This document shows positions 43,501-57,100 of a stretch of DNA of 64,000 nucleotides, one piece after another. Origin of the DNA: the human T2T-CHM13v2.0 reference genome, Homo sapiens; NCBI RefSeq assembly GCF_009914755.1, contig NC_060933.1. One strand, 5' to 3'. The translations under genes were made by a program, and so were the position numbers. Positions within the stretch are counted from its first letter, which is position 1; each line of letters begins with the position of its first letter. Under the pieces are notes generated by a model. That model was not told the origin of the DNA and did no database searches. It saw only the letters and a program-made list of their open reading frames with translations.

Positions 43501-45039
43501 TTCAACTCGATTGCAATGGAATGGAATAGAATGGAATGGAATGGAATGGAATGGAATGGAATTGAATGGAATGGAATGCCTTCAAACCGAATTGAATGGA
43601 AAGGAATGGAATCAACACGAGTGGAAAGGAATGGAATGGAAAGGAATGGAATGGAATGGAATCAACCCGAGTGCAATGGAATGGATTCCAATGGAAAGGA
43701 ATGGAATGGAATGGATTCAACAAGAATGGAATGGAAAGGAATGGAATCAACACGAGTGTAATGGCATGGAATGGAAGGGAATGGAATGGGATGGAATGGA
43801 ATGGTACGGAATAGAATGGAATGGAATGAAATGGAATGGAATGGAATGGAATGGAATGGAATGGAATGGAATGAACCTGTGTGCAATGGAATGGAATGGA
43901 ATGGATTCAAGTCGAATGGAATCAACTCGATTGCAATGGAATGGAATGGAATTGAAAGGAATAGAATGGAATCATCCCGAGTGGAATGGAATGGAAAGGA
44001 CTGGAATGGAGTGGAATGGAATGGAATGGAATGGAATGGAATGGAATGGAATCAACTCGATTGCAATCGAATGGAATTGAATGGAATTAACCCGAGTGCA
44101 GGGGAATGGAATGGAATGGAATGCAATGGAATGGAATCATCCGGAATCGAATGGAATGCAATGGAATGGAATGGAATGGAATGGAATGGAATGGAATCAA
44201 CTCGATTTCAATGGAATGGAATGGAATAGAATGGAATGGAATTAACACGAATAGAATGGAATGGAATGGAATTGAATGGAACAGAAAGGAATGGAATGGA
44301 ATGGAATGGAATCAACCCAAGTGCAGTGGAATGGAATGGAATGGAATTCAATGGAATGGAATCATCCGGAATGGAATGGAATGGAATGGAATGGAATGGA
44401 ATCAACCCGAGTGCAATGGAATGGAGAGGAATGGAATGGAATGGAATGGAAACTACACGAATCGAATGGAATGTAATGGAGTGTAAGGGAATTGAATAGA
44501 ATGAATCTGAATGGAATGGAATGGAATGGAATCAACGCGAGTGCAGGGGAATGGAATGTAATGGAATGCAATGGAATGGAATCTTCCGTAATGGAATGGA
44601 ATGGAATGGAATGCAATGGATTCAACTCGATTGCAATGGAATGGAATAGAATGCAATGGAATGGAATGGAATGGAATTAACCAGAATAGAATGGAATGGA
44701 ATGGAACGGAATGGAACGGAACGGAATGGAATGGAATGGAATGGAATGGAATGGAATGGAATGGAATGGAATGGAATGGAATGGTGGGGAATGGAATGGA
44801 ATGGAATGGAATCAACGCGAGTGCAGGGGAATGTAATGGAACAGAATGTAATGGAATGGAATCATCCGGAATGGAATGGAATGGAATGGAATGGAATGGA
44901 ATGGAATGCAATTGAATGGAATCAACCCGACTACAATGGAATGGAATGGAATGGAATGGAATGGAATGGAATGGAATGGAATGGAATGGCTTCAAACCGA
45001 ATGGAATGGAAAGGAATGGAATCAACACGAGTGGAATGG

Positions 45040-48000
45040 AATGGAATGGAATGGAATGCAATCGAATGGAATGGAATGGTATGGAATAGAATGGAATGGA
45101 AAGAAATGGAATGCAATGGAATGGAATGGAATGGAATGGAATGGAATGGAATCGTTCCGAGTGGAATAGGAGGGAATGTATTCGAGTGGATTGGAAAGGA
45201 ATGGAATCAACCAGAGTGGAATGCAAGGGAATGGAATGGAATGGAAACTAATAGAATGGAATCAACCCGAGTGGAATGGAATGGAAAGGACTGGAATGGA
45301 ATGGAATGGAATGGAATGAAATGGAATCAACTCGATTGTAATGGAATGGAATGGAATGGAATGGAATGGAATGGAATGGAATGGAATTAACCCAAATACA
45401 ATGGAATGGAATGGAATGGAACGGAATGGAGTGGAATGGAATGGAATCAACCCGAGTGCAGGGGAATGGAATGGAATGGAATGCAATGGAATGGAATCAT
45501 CCGGAATGGAATGGAATGGAATGGAATGCAAAGCAATGGAATCAACTCGATTGCAATGGAATGGAATGGACTGGAAAGGAATACATTGGAATCAACCCGA
45601 GTGGAATGGAATGGAAATGACTGGAATGGAGTGGAATGGAATGGAATGGAATGGAATGGAATCAACTCGATTGGAATGGAATGGAATGGAATGGAATGGA
45701 ATGGAATGGAATTAACCCGAATAGAATGGAATGGAATTAAATGGAACGGAACGGAATGAAATGGAATGGAAGGGAATGGAATGGAATGGAATGGAATCAA
45801 CCCGACTGCAGGGGAATGGAATGGAATGGAATGCAATGGAATGGATTCAACTTGAATGGAATGGAAAGAATGGAATCAACACGAGTAGAATGGCATGGAT
45901 TGGAATGGAATGGAATGGAATGAACCCGAGTACAGGGGAATGGAATGGAATGGAATGCAATGGAATGGAATCATCCGTAATGGAATGGAAAGGAATGGAA
46001 TGGAATGGAAGGGAATGGAATGGAATGGAATGGAATCAACTCGATTGCAATCGAATGGAATGGAATGGAATTAACCTGAATAGAATGGAATGGAATGGAA
46101 TGGAATGGAACGGAATCAACCCGAGTGCAATGGAATGGAGTGGAATGGAATGGAATGGAATGGAACAACCCTAATGGAATGGAATGTAATGGAGAGTAAG
46201 GGAGTTGAATAGAATCATTCCGAATGTAATGGAATGGAATGGAACGGAATGGAATGGAATGGAATGGAATGGAATGGAATGGAATGGAATCAACAAGAGT
46301 GCAATCGAATGGAATCGAATGGAATGCAATGCAATGGAATGGATTCAAGTTGAATGGAATGGAAAGAATGGAATCAACACGAGTGGAATGGCATGGATTG
46401 GAATGGAATGGAATGGAATCAACCCGAGTACAGGGGAATGGAATGGAATGGAATGCAATGGAATGGAATCATCCGTAATGGAATGGAAAGGAATGGAATG
46501 GAATGGAATGGAATGGAATGGAATGGAATGGAATGGAATCAACTCGATTGCAATCGAATGGAATGGAATGGAATTACCCGAATAGAATGGAAAGGAATGG
46601 AATGGAACGGAACGGAATGGAATGGAATGGAATGGAATGGAATGGAACGGAACGGAACGGAACGGAATGGAATGGAATGGATTGGAATGGAATGGAATCA
46701 ACGCGAGTGTAGGGGAATGGAATGGAATGGAATGCAATGGAATGGAATCTTCCGGAATGGAATGGAATGGAATGGAATGAAATGCAATGGACTCAACTCG
46801 ATTGCAATGGAATGGAATAGAATGGAATGGAATGGAATGGAATGGAATTAACCCGAATAGAATGGAATGGAATGGAATGGAAAGGAATGGAACGGAATGG
46901 AATGGAATGGAATAGAATGGAATGGAATGGAATGGTATGGAATGGAATGGAATAGTACGGAATAGAATGGAATGGAACGAATTGTAATGGAATGGAACTG
47001 AATGGAATGGAATGGAATGGAATGGAATCAACGCGAGTGCAGGGGAATGTAATGGAACGGAATGCAATGGAATGGAATCATCCGGAATGGAATGGAATGG
47101 AATGGAATGGAATGCAATGGAATGGAAACAACCCGAGTACAATGGAATGGAATGGAATGGAATGGAATGGAATGGAATGGAATGCAATGGAATGGAATGG
47201 AATGGAATTGAATGGATTGGAATGCCTTCAAACCGAATGGAATGGAAAGGAATGCAATCAACACGAGTGGAATGGAATGGAATGGAAAGGAATAGAATGG
47301 AATGGAATGGTACGGAATAGAATGGAATGGAACGAAATGGAATGGAATGGAATGGAATAGAATGGAATCGTTCAGAGTGGAATAGGAGGGAACGTATTCG
47401 AGTGGAATGGAAAGGAATGGAATCAACCAGAGTGGAATGGAAGGGAATGGAATGGAATGGAAACTAATAGAATGGAATCAACCCGAGTGGAATGGAATGG
47501 AAATGACTGGAATGGAATGGAATGGAATGGAATGGAATGGAATGGAATGGAATCAACTCGATTGTAATGGATTGGAATGGAATGGAATTGAATGGAATGG
47601 AATGGAATTAACCCGAATAAAACGGAATGGAATGGAATGGAACGGAATGGAGTGGAATGGAATGGAATCAACCCGAGTGCAGGGGAATGGAATGGAATGG
47701 AATGCAATGGAATGGAATCATCCGGAATGGAATGCAATGGAATGGAATGCAAAGCAATGGAATCAACTCGATTGCAATGGAATGGAATGGAATGGAAAGG
47801 AATACATTGGAATCAACCCGAGTGGAATGGAATGGAAAGGACTGGAATGGAGTGGAATGGAATGGAATGGAATGGAATGCAATCGAATGGAATGGAATGG
47901 TATGGAATAGAATGGAATGGAAAGAAATGGAATGCAATGGAATGGAATGGAATGGAATGGAATGGAATGGAATCGTTCCGAGTGGAATAGGAGGGAATGT

Positions 48001-50550
48001 ATTCGAGTGGATTGGAAAGGAATGGAATCAACCAGAGTGGAATGGAAGGGAATGGAATGGAATGGAAACTAATAGAATGGAATCAACCCGAGTGGAATGG
48101 AATGGAAAGGACTGGAATGGAATGGAATGGAATGGAATGAAATGGAATCAACTCGATTGTAATGGAATGGAATGGAATGGAATGGAATGGAATGGAATGG
48201 AATGGAATGGAATTAACCCAAATACAATGGAATGGAATGGAATGGAACGGAATGGAGTGGAATGGAATGGAATCAACCCGAGTGCAGGGGAATGGAATGG
48301 AATGGAATGCAATGGAATGGAATCATCCGGAATGGAATGGAATGGAATGGAATGCAAAGCAATGGAATCAACTCGATTGCAATGGAATGGAATGGACTGG
48401 AAAGGAATACATTGGAATCAACCCGAGTGGAATGGAATGGAAATGACTGGAATGGAGTGGAATGGAATGGAATGGAATGGAATGGAATCAACTCGATTGG
48501 AATGGAATGGAATGGAATGGAATGGAATGGAATGGAATTAACCCGAATAGAATGGAATGGAATTAAATGGAACGGAACGGAATGAAATGGAATGGAAGGG
48601 AATGGAGTGGAATGGAATGGAATCAACCCGACTGCAGGGGAATGGAATGGAATGGAATGCAATGGAATGGATTCAACTTGAATGGAATGGAAAGAATGGA
48701 ATCAACACGAGTAGAATGGCATGGATTGGAATGGAATGGAATGGAATGAACCCGAGTACAGGGGAATGGAATGGAATGGAATGCAATGGAATGGAATCAT
48801 CCGTAATGGAATGGAAAGGAATGGAATGGAATGGAAGGGAATGGAATGGAATGGAATGGAATCAACTCGATTGCAATCGAATGGAATGGAATGGAATTAA
48901 CCTGAATAGAATGGAATGGAATGGAATGGAATGGAACGGAATCAACCCGAGTGCAATGGAATGGAGTGGAATGGAATGGAATGGAATGGAACAACCCTAA
49001 TGGAATGGAATGTAATGGAGAGTAAGGGAGTTGAATAGAATCATTCCGAATGTAATGGAATGGAATGGAACGGAATGGAATGGAATGGAATGGAATGGAA
49101 TGGAATGGAATGGAATCAACAAGAGTGCAATCGAATGGAATCGAATGGAATGCAATGCAATGGAATGGATTCAACTTGAATGGAATGGAAAGAATGGAAT
49201 CAACACGAGTGGAATGGCATGGATTGGAATGGAATGGAATGGAATCAACCCGAGTACAGGGGAATGGAATGGAATGGAATGCAATGGAATGGAATCATCC
49301 GTAATGGAATGGAAAGGAATGGAATGGAATGGAATGGAATGGAATGGAATGGAATCAACTCGATTGCAATCGAATGGAATGGAATGGAATTACCCGAATA
49401 GAATGGAAAGGAATGGAATGGAACGGAACGGAATGGAATGGAATGGAATGGAATGGAATGGAACGGAACGGAACGGAACGGAATGGAATGGAATGGATTG
49501 GAATGGAATGGAATCAACGCGAGTGTAGGGGAATGGAATGGAATGGAATGCAATGGAATGGAATCTTCCGGAATGGAATGGAATGGAATGGAATGAAATG
49601 CAATGGACTCAACTCGATTGCAATGGAATGGAATAGAATGGAATGGAATGGATTGGAATGGAATTAACCCGAATAGAATGGAATGGAATGGAATGGAAAG
49701 GAATGGAACGGAATGGAATGGAATGGAATGCAAAGCAATGGAATCAACTCGATTGCAATGGAATGGAATGGAATGGAAAGGAATACATTGGAATCAACCC
49801 GAGTGGAATGGAATGGAAAGGACTGGAATGGAGTGGAATGGAATGGAATGGAATGGAATGCAATCGAATGGAATGGAATGGTATGGAATAGAATGGAATG
49901 GAAAGAAATGGAATGTAATGGAATGGAATGGAATGGAATGGAATGGAATGGAATCGTTCCGAGTGGAATAGGAGGGAATGTATTCGAGTGGATTGGAAAG
50001 GAATGGAATCAACCAGAGTGGAATGGAAGGGAATGGAATGGAATGGAAACTAATAGAATGGAATCAACCCGAGTGCAATGGAATGGAAAGGACTGGAATG
50101 GAATGGAATGGAATGGAATGAAATGGAATCAACTCGATTGTAATGGAATGGAATGGAATGGAATGGAATGGAATGGAATGGAATGGAATTAACCCAAATA
50201 CAATGGAATGGAATGGAATGGAACGGAATGGAGTGGAATGGAATGGAATCAACCCGAGTGCAGGGGAATGGAATGGAATGGAATGCAATGGAATGGAATC
50301 ATCCGGAATGGAATGGAATGGAATGGAATGCAAAGCAATGGAATCAACTCGATTGCAATGGAATGGAATGGACTGGAAAGGAATACATTGGAATCAACCC
50401 GAGTGGAATGGAATGGAAATGACTGGAATGGAGTGGAATGGAATGGAATGGAATGGAATGGAATCAACTCGATTGGAATGGAATGGAATGGAATGGAATG
50501 GAATGGAATGGAATTAACCCGAATAGAATGGAATGGAATTAAATGGAAAG
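45040..50550 (+). repeat. Nested duplications: ~1.87 kb at offset ~2.82 kb (45,040-46,910 / 47,860-49,730) and ~0.83 kb at offset ~1.98 kb (47,740-48,570 / 49,720-50,550)
   Basis: GAGTGGATTGGAAAGG occurs three times. CAACCCTAAT, CAACAAGAGTGC and GAATTACCCG each occur twice. ORF pairs 45406/48232, 46205/49031 and 47813/49794 agree. Confidence 0.85.
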
Positions 50551-53500
50551 GAACGGAATGGAATGGAATGGAATGGAATGGAATGGAATCAACCCGACTG
50601 AAGGGGAATGGAATGGAATGGAATGCAATGGAATGGACTCAACTTGAATGGAATGGAAAGAATGGAATCAACAAGAGTGGAATGGCATGGATTGCAATGG
50701 AATGGAATGGAATCAACCCGAGTACAGGGGAATGGAATGGAATGGAATGCAATGGAATGGAATCATCCGTAATGCAATGGAAAGGAATGGAATGGAATGG
50801 AATGGAATGGAATAGAATGGAAAGGAATCAACTCGATTTCAATGGAATGGAATGGAATGGAATTAACCCGAATAGAATGGAATAGAATGGAATGGAACGG
50901 AATGGAACGGAATGGAATGGAATGGAATGGAATGGAATGGAACGGAACGGAACGGAACGGAACGGAATGGAATGGAATGGAATGGAATGGAATGGAATGG
51001 AATCAACGCGAGTGCAGGGGAATGGAATGTAATGGAATGCAATGGAATGGAATCTTCCGGAATGGAATGGAATGGAATGGAATCAACCCGAGTGCAATGG
51101 AATGGAGTGGAATGGAATGGAATGGAACAACCCGAATGGAATGGAATGTAATGGAGAGTAAGGGAGTTGAATAGAATCAATCCGAATGTAATGGAATGGA
51201 ATGCAACGGAATGGAATGGAATGGAATGGAATTCAATGGAATGGAATCAACCCGAGTACAATGGAATGGAATGGAATGGAATGGAATGGAATGGAATGGA
51301 ATGGAATCAACTCGATTTCAATGGAATGGAATGGAATAGAATGGAATGGAATTAACACGAATAGAATGGAATGGAATGGAATGGAATGGAATGGAATGGA
51401 ATGGAACAGAAAGGAATGGAATGGAATGGAATCAACCCAAGTGCAGGGAAATGGAATGGAACGGAATTCAATGGAATGGAATCATCCGGAATGGAATGGA
51501 ATGGAATGGAATGGAATGGAGTGGAATGGAATGGAATCAACCCGTGTGCAATGGAATGGAGAGGAATGGAATGGTATGGAATGGAATGGAAACTACCCGA
51601 ATGGAATGGAATGTAATGGAGTGTAAGGGAATTGATTAGAATGAATCCGAATGGAATAGAATGGAATGGAAAGGAATGGAATGGAATGGAATGGAATAGA
51701 ATGGAATGCAATGCCATGGAATCAACCCGAGTGAAATCGAATGGAATCAAATGGAATGGAATGCAATGGAATGGTTTCAACTTGAATGGAATGGAAAGAA
51801 TGGAATCAACACGAGTGGAATGGCATGGATTGGAATGGAATGGAATGGAATCAACCCGAGTACAGGGGAATGGAATGGAATGGAATGCAATGGAATGGAA
51901 TCATCCGTAATGGAATGGAAAGGAATGGAATGGAATGGAATGGAATGCAGTGGAATGGAATGGAATCAACTCGATTGCAATCGAATGGAATGGAATGGAA
52001 TTAACCCGAATAGAATCTACTGGAATGGAATGGAACGGAAAGGAACGGAATGGAATGGAATGGAATGGAATGGAACGGAAAGGAATAGAATGGAATGGAA
52101 TGGAATGGAATGGAATGGAATCAACGCGAGTGCAGGGGAATGGAATGGAATGGAATGCAATGGAATGGAATCTTGCGGAATGGAATGGAATGGAATGGAA
52201 TCAACCCGAGTGCAATGGAATGGAGTGGAATGGAATGGAATGGAATGGAACAACCCGAATAGAATGGAATGTAATGGAGAGTAAGGGAGTTGAATAGAAT
52301 CAATCTGAATGTAATGGAATGGAATGGAACGGAATGGAATTGAATGGAATGGAATGGAATGGAATGGAATGGAATCAACTCGATTGCAATCGAATGGAAT
52401 GGAATGGAATTAACCCAAATAGAATGGAATGGAATGGAATGGAACGGAACGGAATGGAATGGAATGGAATGGAATGGAATGGAACGGAACGGAACGGAAC
52501 GGAACGGAATGGAATGGAACGGAATGGAATGGAATGGAATGGAATCAATGCGAGTGCAGGGGAATGGAATGGAATGGAATGCAATGGAATGGAATCATCC
52601 GGAATGGAATGGAATGGAATGGAATGGAATGGAATGGAATGGAATAGAATGCAATGGAATGGAATCAACCCGAGTACAATGGAATGGAATGGAATGGAAT
52701 GGAACGGATTGGAATGGAATGGAATGGAATGGAATGGAATTAAATGGAATGGAAAGGAATGGAATCAACCCGAGTGCAGGGGAAAGGAATGGAATGGAAT
52801 GCAATGGAATGGAATGGAATGGAATGGAATGGAATGGAATGGAATGGAATGGAATCAACCCGAGTGGAATGGCGTGGAATGGAATGCAAAGGAATGGAAT
52901 GGAATGGAATCAACTCGAGTGGAAAGGAATGGAATGGAATGGAAAGGAATGGAATGAAATCAAGTCGAGTGGAATGGAATATAATGGAATGGATTGGAAT
53001 GGATTGCAATGGAATGAAATGGAATGGAATGGAATGGAATCAATCATTCCGAGTGGAATGGAAGGGAATGTAATGGAGTGGAAAGAAGGGAATGGAATCA
53101 ATCCGAGTGGAATGCAAGGCAATGGAATGGAATGGAAAGGAATGGAATGGAATCAACTCGATTGCAATCGCATGGAATGGAATGGAATGTAATGGAAAGG
53201 AATGGAATGGAATGAAATGGGATGGAATGGAATGCAATGGAATGGAATCAACCCGAGTGCAATCGAATGGAATCGAATGGAATGGAATGCAATGGAATGG
53301 ATTCAACTTGAATGGAATGGAAAGAATGGAATCAACACGAGTGGAATGGCATGGATTGGAATGGAATGGAATGGAATCAACCCGAGTACAGGGGAATGGA
53401 ATGGAATGGAATGCAATGGAATGGAATCATCCGTAATGGAAAGGAAAGAAATGGAATGGAATGGAATGGAATGGAATGGAATGGAATCAACTCGATTGCA

Positions 53501-54077
53501 ATCGAATGGAATGGAATGGAATTTACCCGAATAGAATGGAATGGAATGGAATGGAACGGAACGGAACGGAATGGAATGGAATGGAATGGAATGGAATGGA
53601 ACGGAAAGGAATGGAATGGAATGGAATGGAATGCAATGGAATGGAATGGAATGGAATCAACCCGCGTGCAGGGGAATGGAATGTAATGGAATGTAATGGA
53701 ATGGAATCTTCCGGAATGGAATGGAATGGAATGGAATCAACCCGAGTGCAATGGAATGGAGTGGAATGGAATGGAATGGAATGGAACAACCTGAATGGAA
53801 TCGAATGTAATGGAGAGTAAGGGAGTTGAATAGAATCAATCCGAATGTAATGGAATGGAATGGAACGTAATGGAATTGAATGGAATGGAATGGAATGCAA
53901 TGGAATGGAATCAACCCGAGTGCAATGGAATGGAGAGGAGGGGAATGGAATGGAGTGGAAACTACCCGAATGGAATGGAATGTAATGGAGTGTAAGGGAA
54001 TTGAATAGAATCAATCCGAATGTAATGGAATGGAATGGAACGGAATGGAATGGAATGGAATGGAATGGAAAGAAGGG

Positions 54078-54105
54078 AATGGAATCAACCCGAGTTGATT
54101 CCATT
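54078..54105. other. Satellite strand-switch (inversion) breakpoint; 28-bp near-perfect palindrome
   Basis: AATGGAATCAAC-CCGA-GTTGATTCCATT has 12-bp perfect inverted arms. CGAGT (54,091-54,095) belongs to both the forward CAACCCGAGT module and the reverse-strand (CA)ACTCG module. Confidence 0.93.
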
Positions 54106-57100
54106 GCTTTGCATTCCGTTCCATTCCATTCCTTTTCATTGTATTCGGGTTAATTCCATTGCATTCCATTCCATTCCTTTCCATTCCATTCCATTCCATT
54201 ACAATGGAGTTGATTCCATTCCATTCCATTCCATTCCATTCCATTCCAGTCCTTTCCATTCCATTCCACTCGGGTTGATTCCATTCTATTAGTTTCCATT
54301 CCATTCCATTCCCTTCCATTGCACTCTGGTTGATTCCATTCCTTTCCATTTCACTCGAATACATTCCCTCCTATTCCACTCGGAACGATTCCATTCCATT
54401 CCATTCCATTCCATTCCATTCCATTCCATTCCATTCCATTCCATTTCGTTCCATTCCATTCTATTCCGTACCATTCCATTCCATTCCATTCCATTCCATT
54501 CGATTCCATTCCACTCGTGTTGATTACATTCCTTTCCATTCCATTCAGTTTGAAGGCATTCCATTCCATTCAATTCCATTCCATTCCATTCCATTCCATT
54601 CCATTCCATTCCATTCCATTGTACTCGGTTTGATCCCATTCCATTGCATTCTATTCCATTCCATTCCATTCCATTCCATTCCATTCCATTCCGGATGATT
54701 CCATTCCATTGCATTCCATTCCATTCCATTCCCCTGCACTCGGGTTGATTACATTCCATTCCCTTCCCTTCCATTCCTTTCCATTCCATTCCATTCCATT
54801 CTATTCGGATGAATTCCATTCCATTCCATTCCATTCCATTCCATTCCATTCCATTGCAATCGAGTTGATTCCATTACATTCCATTCCATTCCGTTCCGGA
54901 TGATTCCATTCCATTGCATTCCATTCCATTCCATTCCCCTGCAGTCGGTTTGATTCCTTTCCATTCCATTCCATTCCATTCCGTTCTATTCCATTCCGTT
55001 CCATTCCATTGCATTCCATTCTATTCGGGTTAATTCCATTCCATTCCTTTCCATTCCATTCCAATCGAGTTAATTCCATTCCATTGCATTCCATTCCACT
55101 CCATTCCAGTCCTTTCCATTCCATTTCACTCGGGTTGATTCCATTCTATTCCTTTCCATTCCATTCCATTGCAATAGAGTTGATTCCATTGCATTGCATT
55201 CCATTCCATTCCATTCCATTCCGGATGATTCCATTCCATTGCATTCCATTCCATTCCATTCCCCTGCACTCGGGTTGATTCCATTCCATTCCACTCCATT
55301 CCGTTCCATTGCATTCCATTCCATTGTATTCGGGTTAATTCCATTCCATTCCATTCCATTCCATTCCATACCATTCCATTACAATCGAGTTGATTCCATT
55401 CCATTCCATTCCATTCCATTCCATTCCATTCCATTCCATTCCATTCCATTCCATTCCATTCCATTCCATTCCATTCCTTTCCATTCCATTCCACTCGGGT
55501 TGATTCCATTCTATTAGTTTCCATTCCATTCCATTCCCTTCCATTCCACTCTGGTTGATTCCATTCCTTTCCATTCCACTCGAATACATTCCCTCCTATT
55601 CCCTCGGAACAATTCCATTCCATTCCATTGCATTCTATTCCATTCCATTTCGTTCATTCCATTCTATTCCATTCCGTTCCGTTCCGTTCAATTCCATTCC
55701 ATTCCATTCCATTCCATTCAATTCCATTCCATTACAATTCGTTGCATTCCATTCTATTCCGTACCACTCCATTCCATTCCATACCATTCCATTCCATTCC
55801 ATTCCATTCCGTTCCATTCCATTGCATTCCATTCTATTCGGGTTAATTCCATTCCATTCCATTCCATCCCATTCTATTACATTGCATTGCAATCGAGTTG
55901 AATCCATTGCATTTCATTCCATTCCATTCCATTCCATTCCATTCCGGAAGATTCCATTCCATTGCATTCCATTCCATTCCTTTCCCCTGCACTCGCGTTG
56001 ATTCCATTCCATTCCATTCCATTCCATTCCATTCCATTCCGTTCCGTACCATTCCATTCCATTCCATTCCATTCCATTCCGTTCCGTTCCATTCCATTCC
56101 ATTCCATTCTATTCGGGTTAATTCCATTCCATTCCATTCGATTGCAATCGTGTTGATTCCATTCCATTCCATTCCATTCCATTCCATTCCATTCCATTCC
56201 ATTCCTTTCCATTCCATTACGGATGATTCCATTCCATTGCATTCCATTCCATTCCATTCCCCTGTACTCGGGTTGATTCCATTCCATTGCATTCCAATCC
56301 ATGCCCTTCCACTCGTGTTGATTCCATTCTTTCCATTCCATTCAAGTTGAATCCATTCCATTGCATTCCATTCCATTCGATGTAATTCGATTGCACTCGG
56401 GTTGATTCCATTCCATTACATTCCATTCCGTTCCATTCCATTCCATTCCATTCCATTCCGTTCCATTCCATTCCATTACATTCGGATTGATTCTATTCAA
56501 TTCCCTTACACTCCTTTACATTCCATTCCATTCGGGTAGTTTCCATTCCATTCCATTCCATTCCTCTCCATTCCATTGCACTCGGGTTGATTCCATTCCA
56601 TTGCATTCCATTCCATTCCATTCAATTCCATTCCGTTCCATTCCATTCCATTACATTCGGATTGATTCTATTCAACTCCCTTACACTCCATTACATTTCA
56701 TTCCGTTCGGGTTGTTCCATTCCATTCCATTCCATTCCACTCCATTCCATTGCACTCGGGTTTATTCCATTCCATTCCATTCCATTCCATTCCATTCCAT
56801 TCCATTCCGGAAGATTCCATTCCATTGCATTCCATTCCATTCCATTCCCCTGCACTCGCGTTGATTCTATTCCATTCCATTCCATTCCATTCCATTCCAT
56901 TCCATTCCATTCCTTTCCGTTCCATTCCATTCCATTCCATTCCATTCCATTCCATTCCATTCCGTTCCGTTCCGTTCCATTCCATTCCATTCCATTCCAT
57001 TCTATTCGGGTTAATTCCATTCCATTCCATTCGATTGCAATCGAGATGATTCCATTCCATTCCATTCCATTCCATTCCATTACATTCCATTCCATTGCAC

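Larger units (their letters stand above)
1..54095 (+). repeat. Human/primate satellite III (HSat3) array, GGAAT (G-rich) strand on +
   Basis: Continuous (GGAAT)n with interspersed CAAC(C/A/G/T)CGAGT/CGATT-type decamers. (GGAAT)n plus CAACCCGAGT is the classical satellite III signature (chr9-type, also present in other HSat3 arrays). The chromosome cannot be determined by eye. Confidence 0.97.

Noticed and set aside
1-54000. CRISPR-like alternation of repeats and 'spacers'
   Set aside because: The interrupting motifs are ~10 bp, recur many times and are degenerate pentamers. There are no unique spacers, constant-length repeats, leader or cas genes.
54035-54292. Chimeric ORFs crossing the junction (54035..54292 +, 54011..54364 -) that switch from MEWNG to HSIPF
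   Set aside because: A by-product of the strand switch. Useful only as a breakpoint marker.
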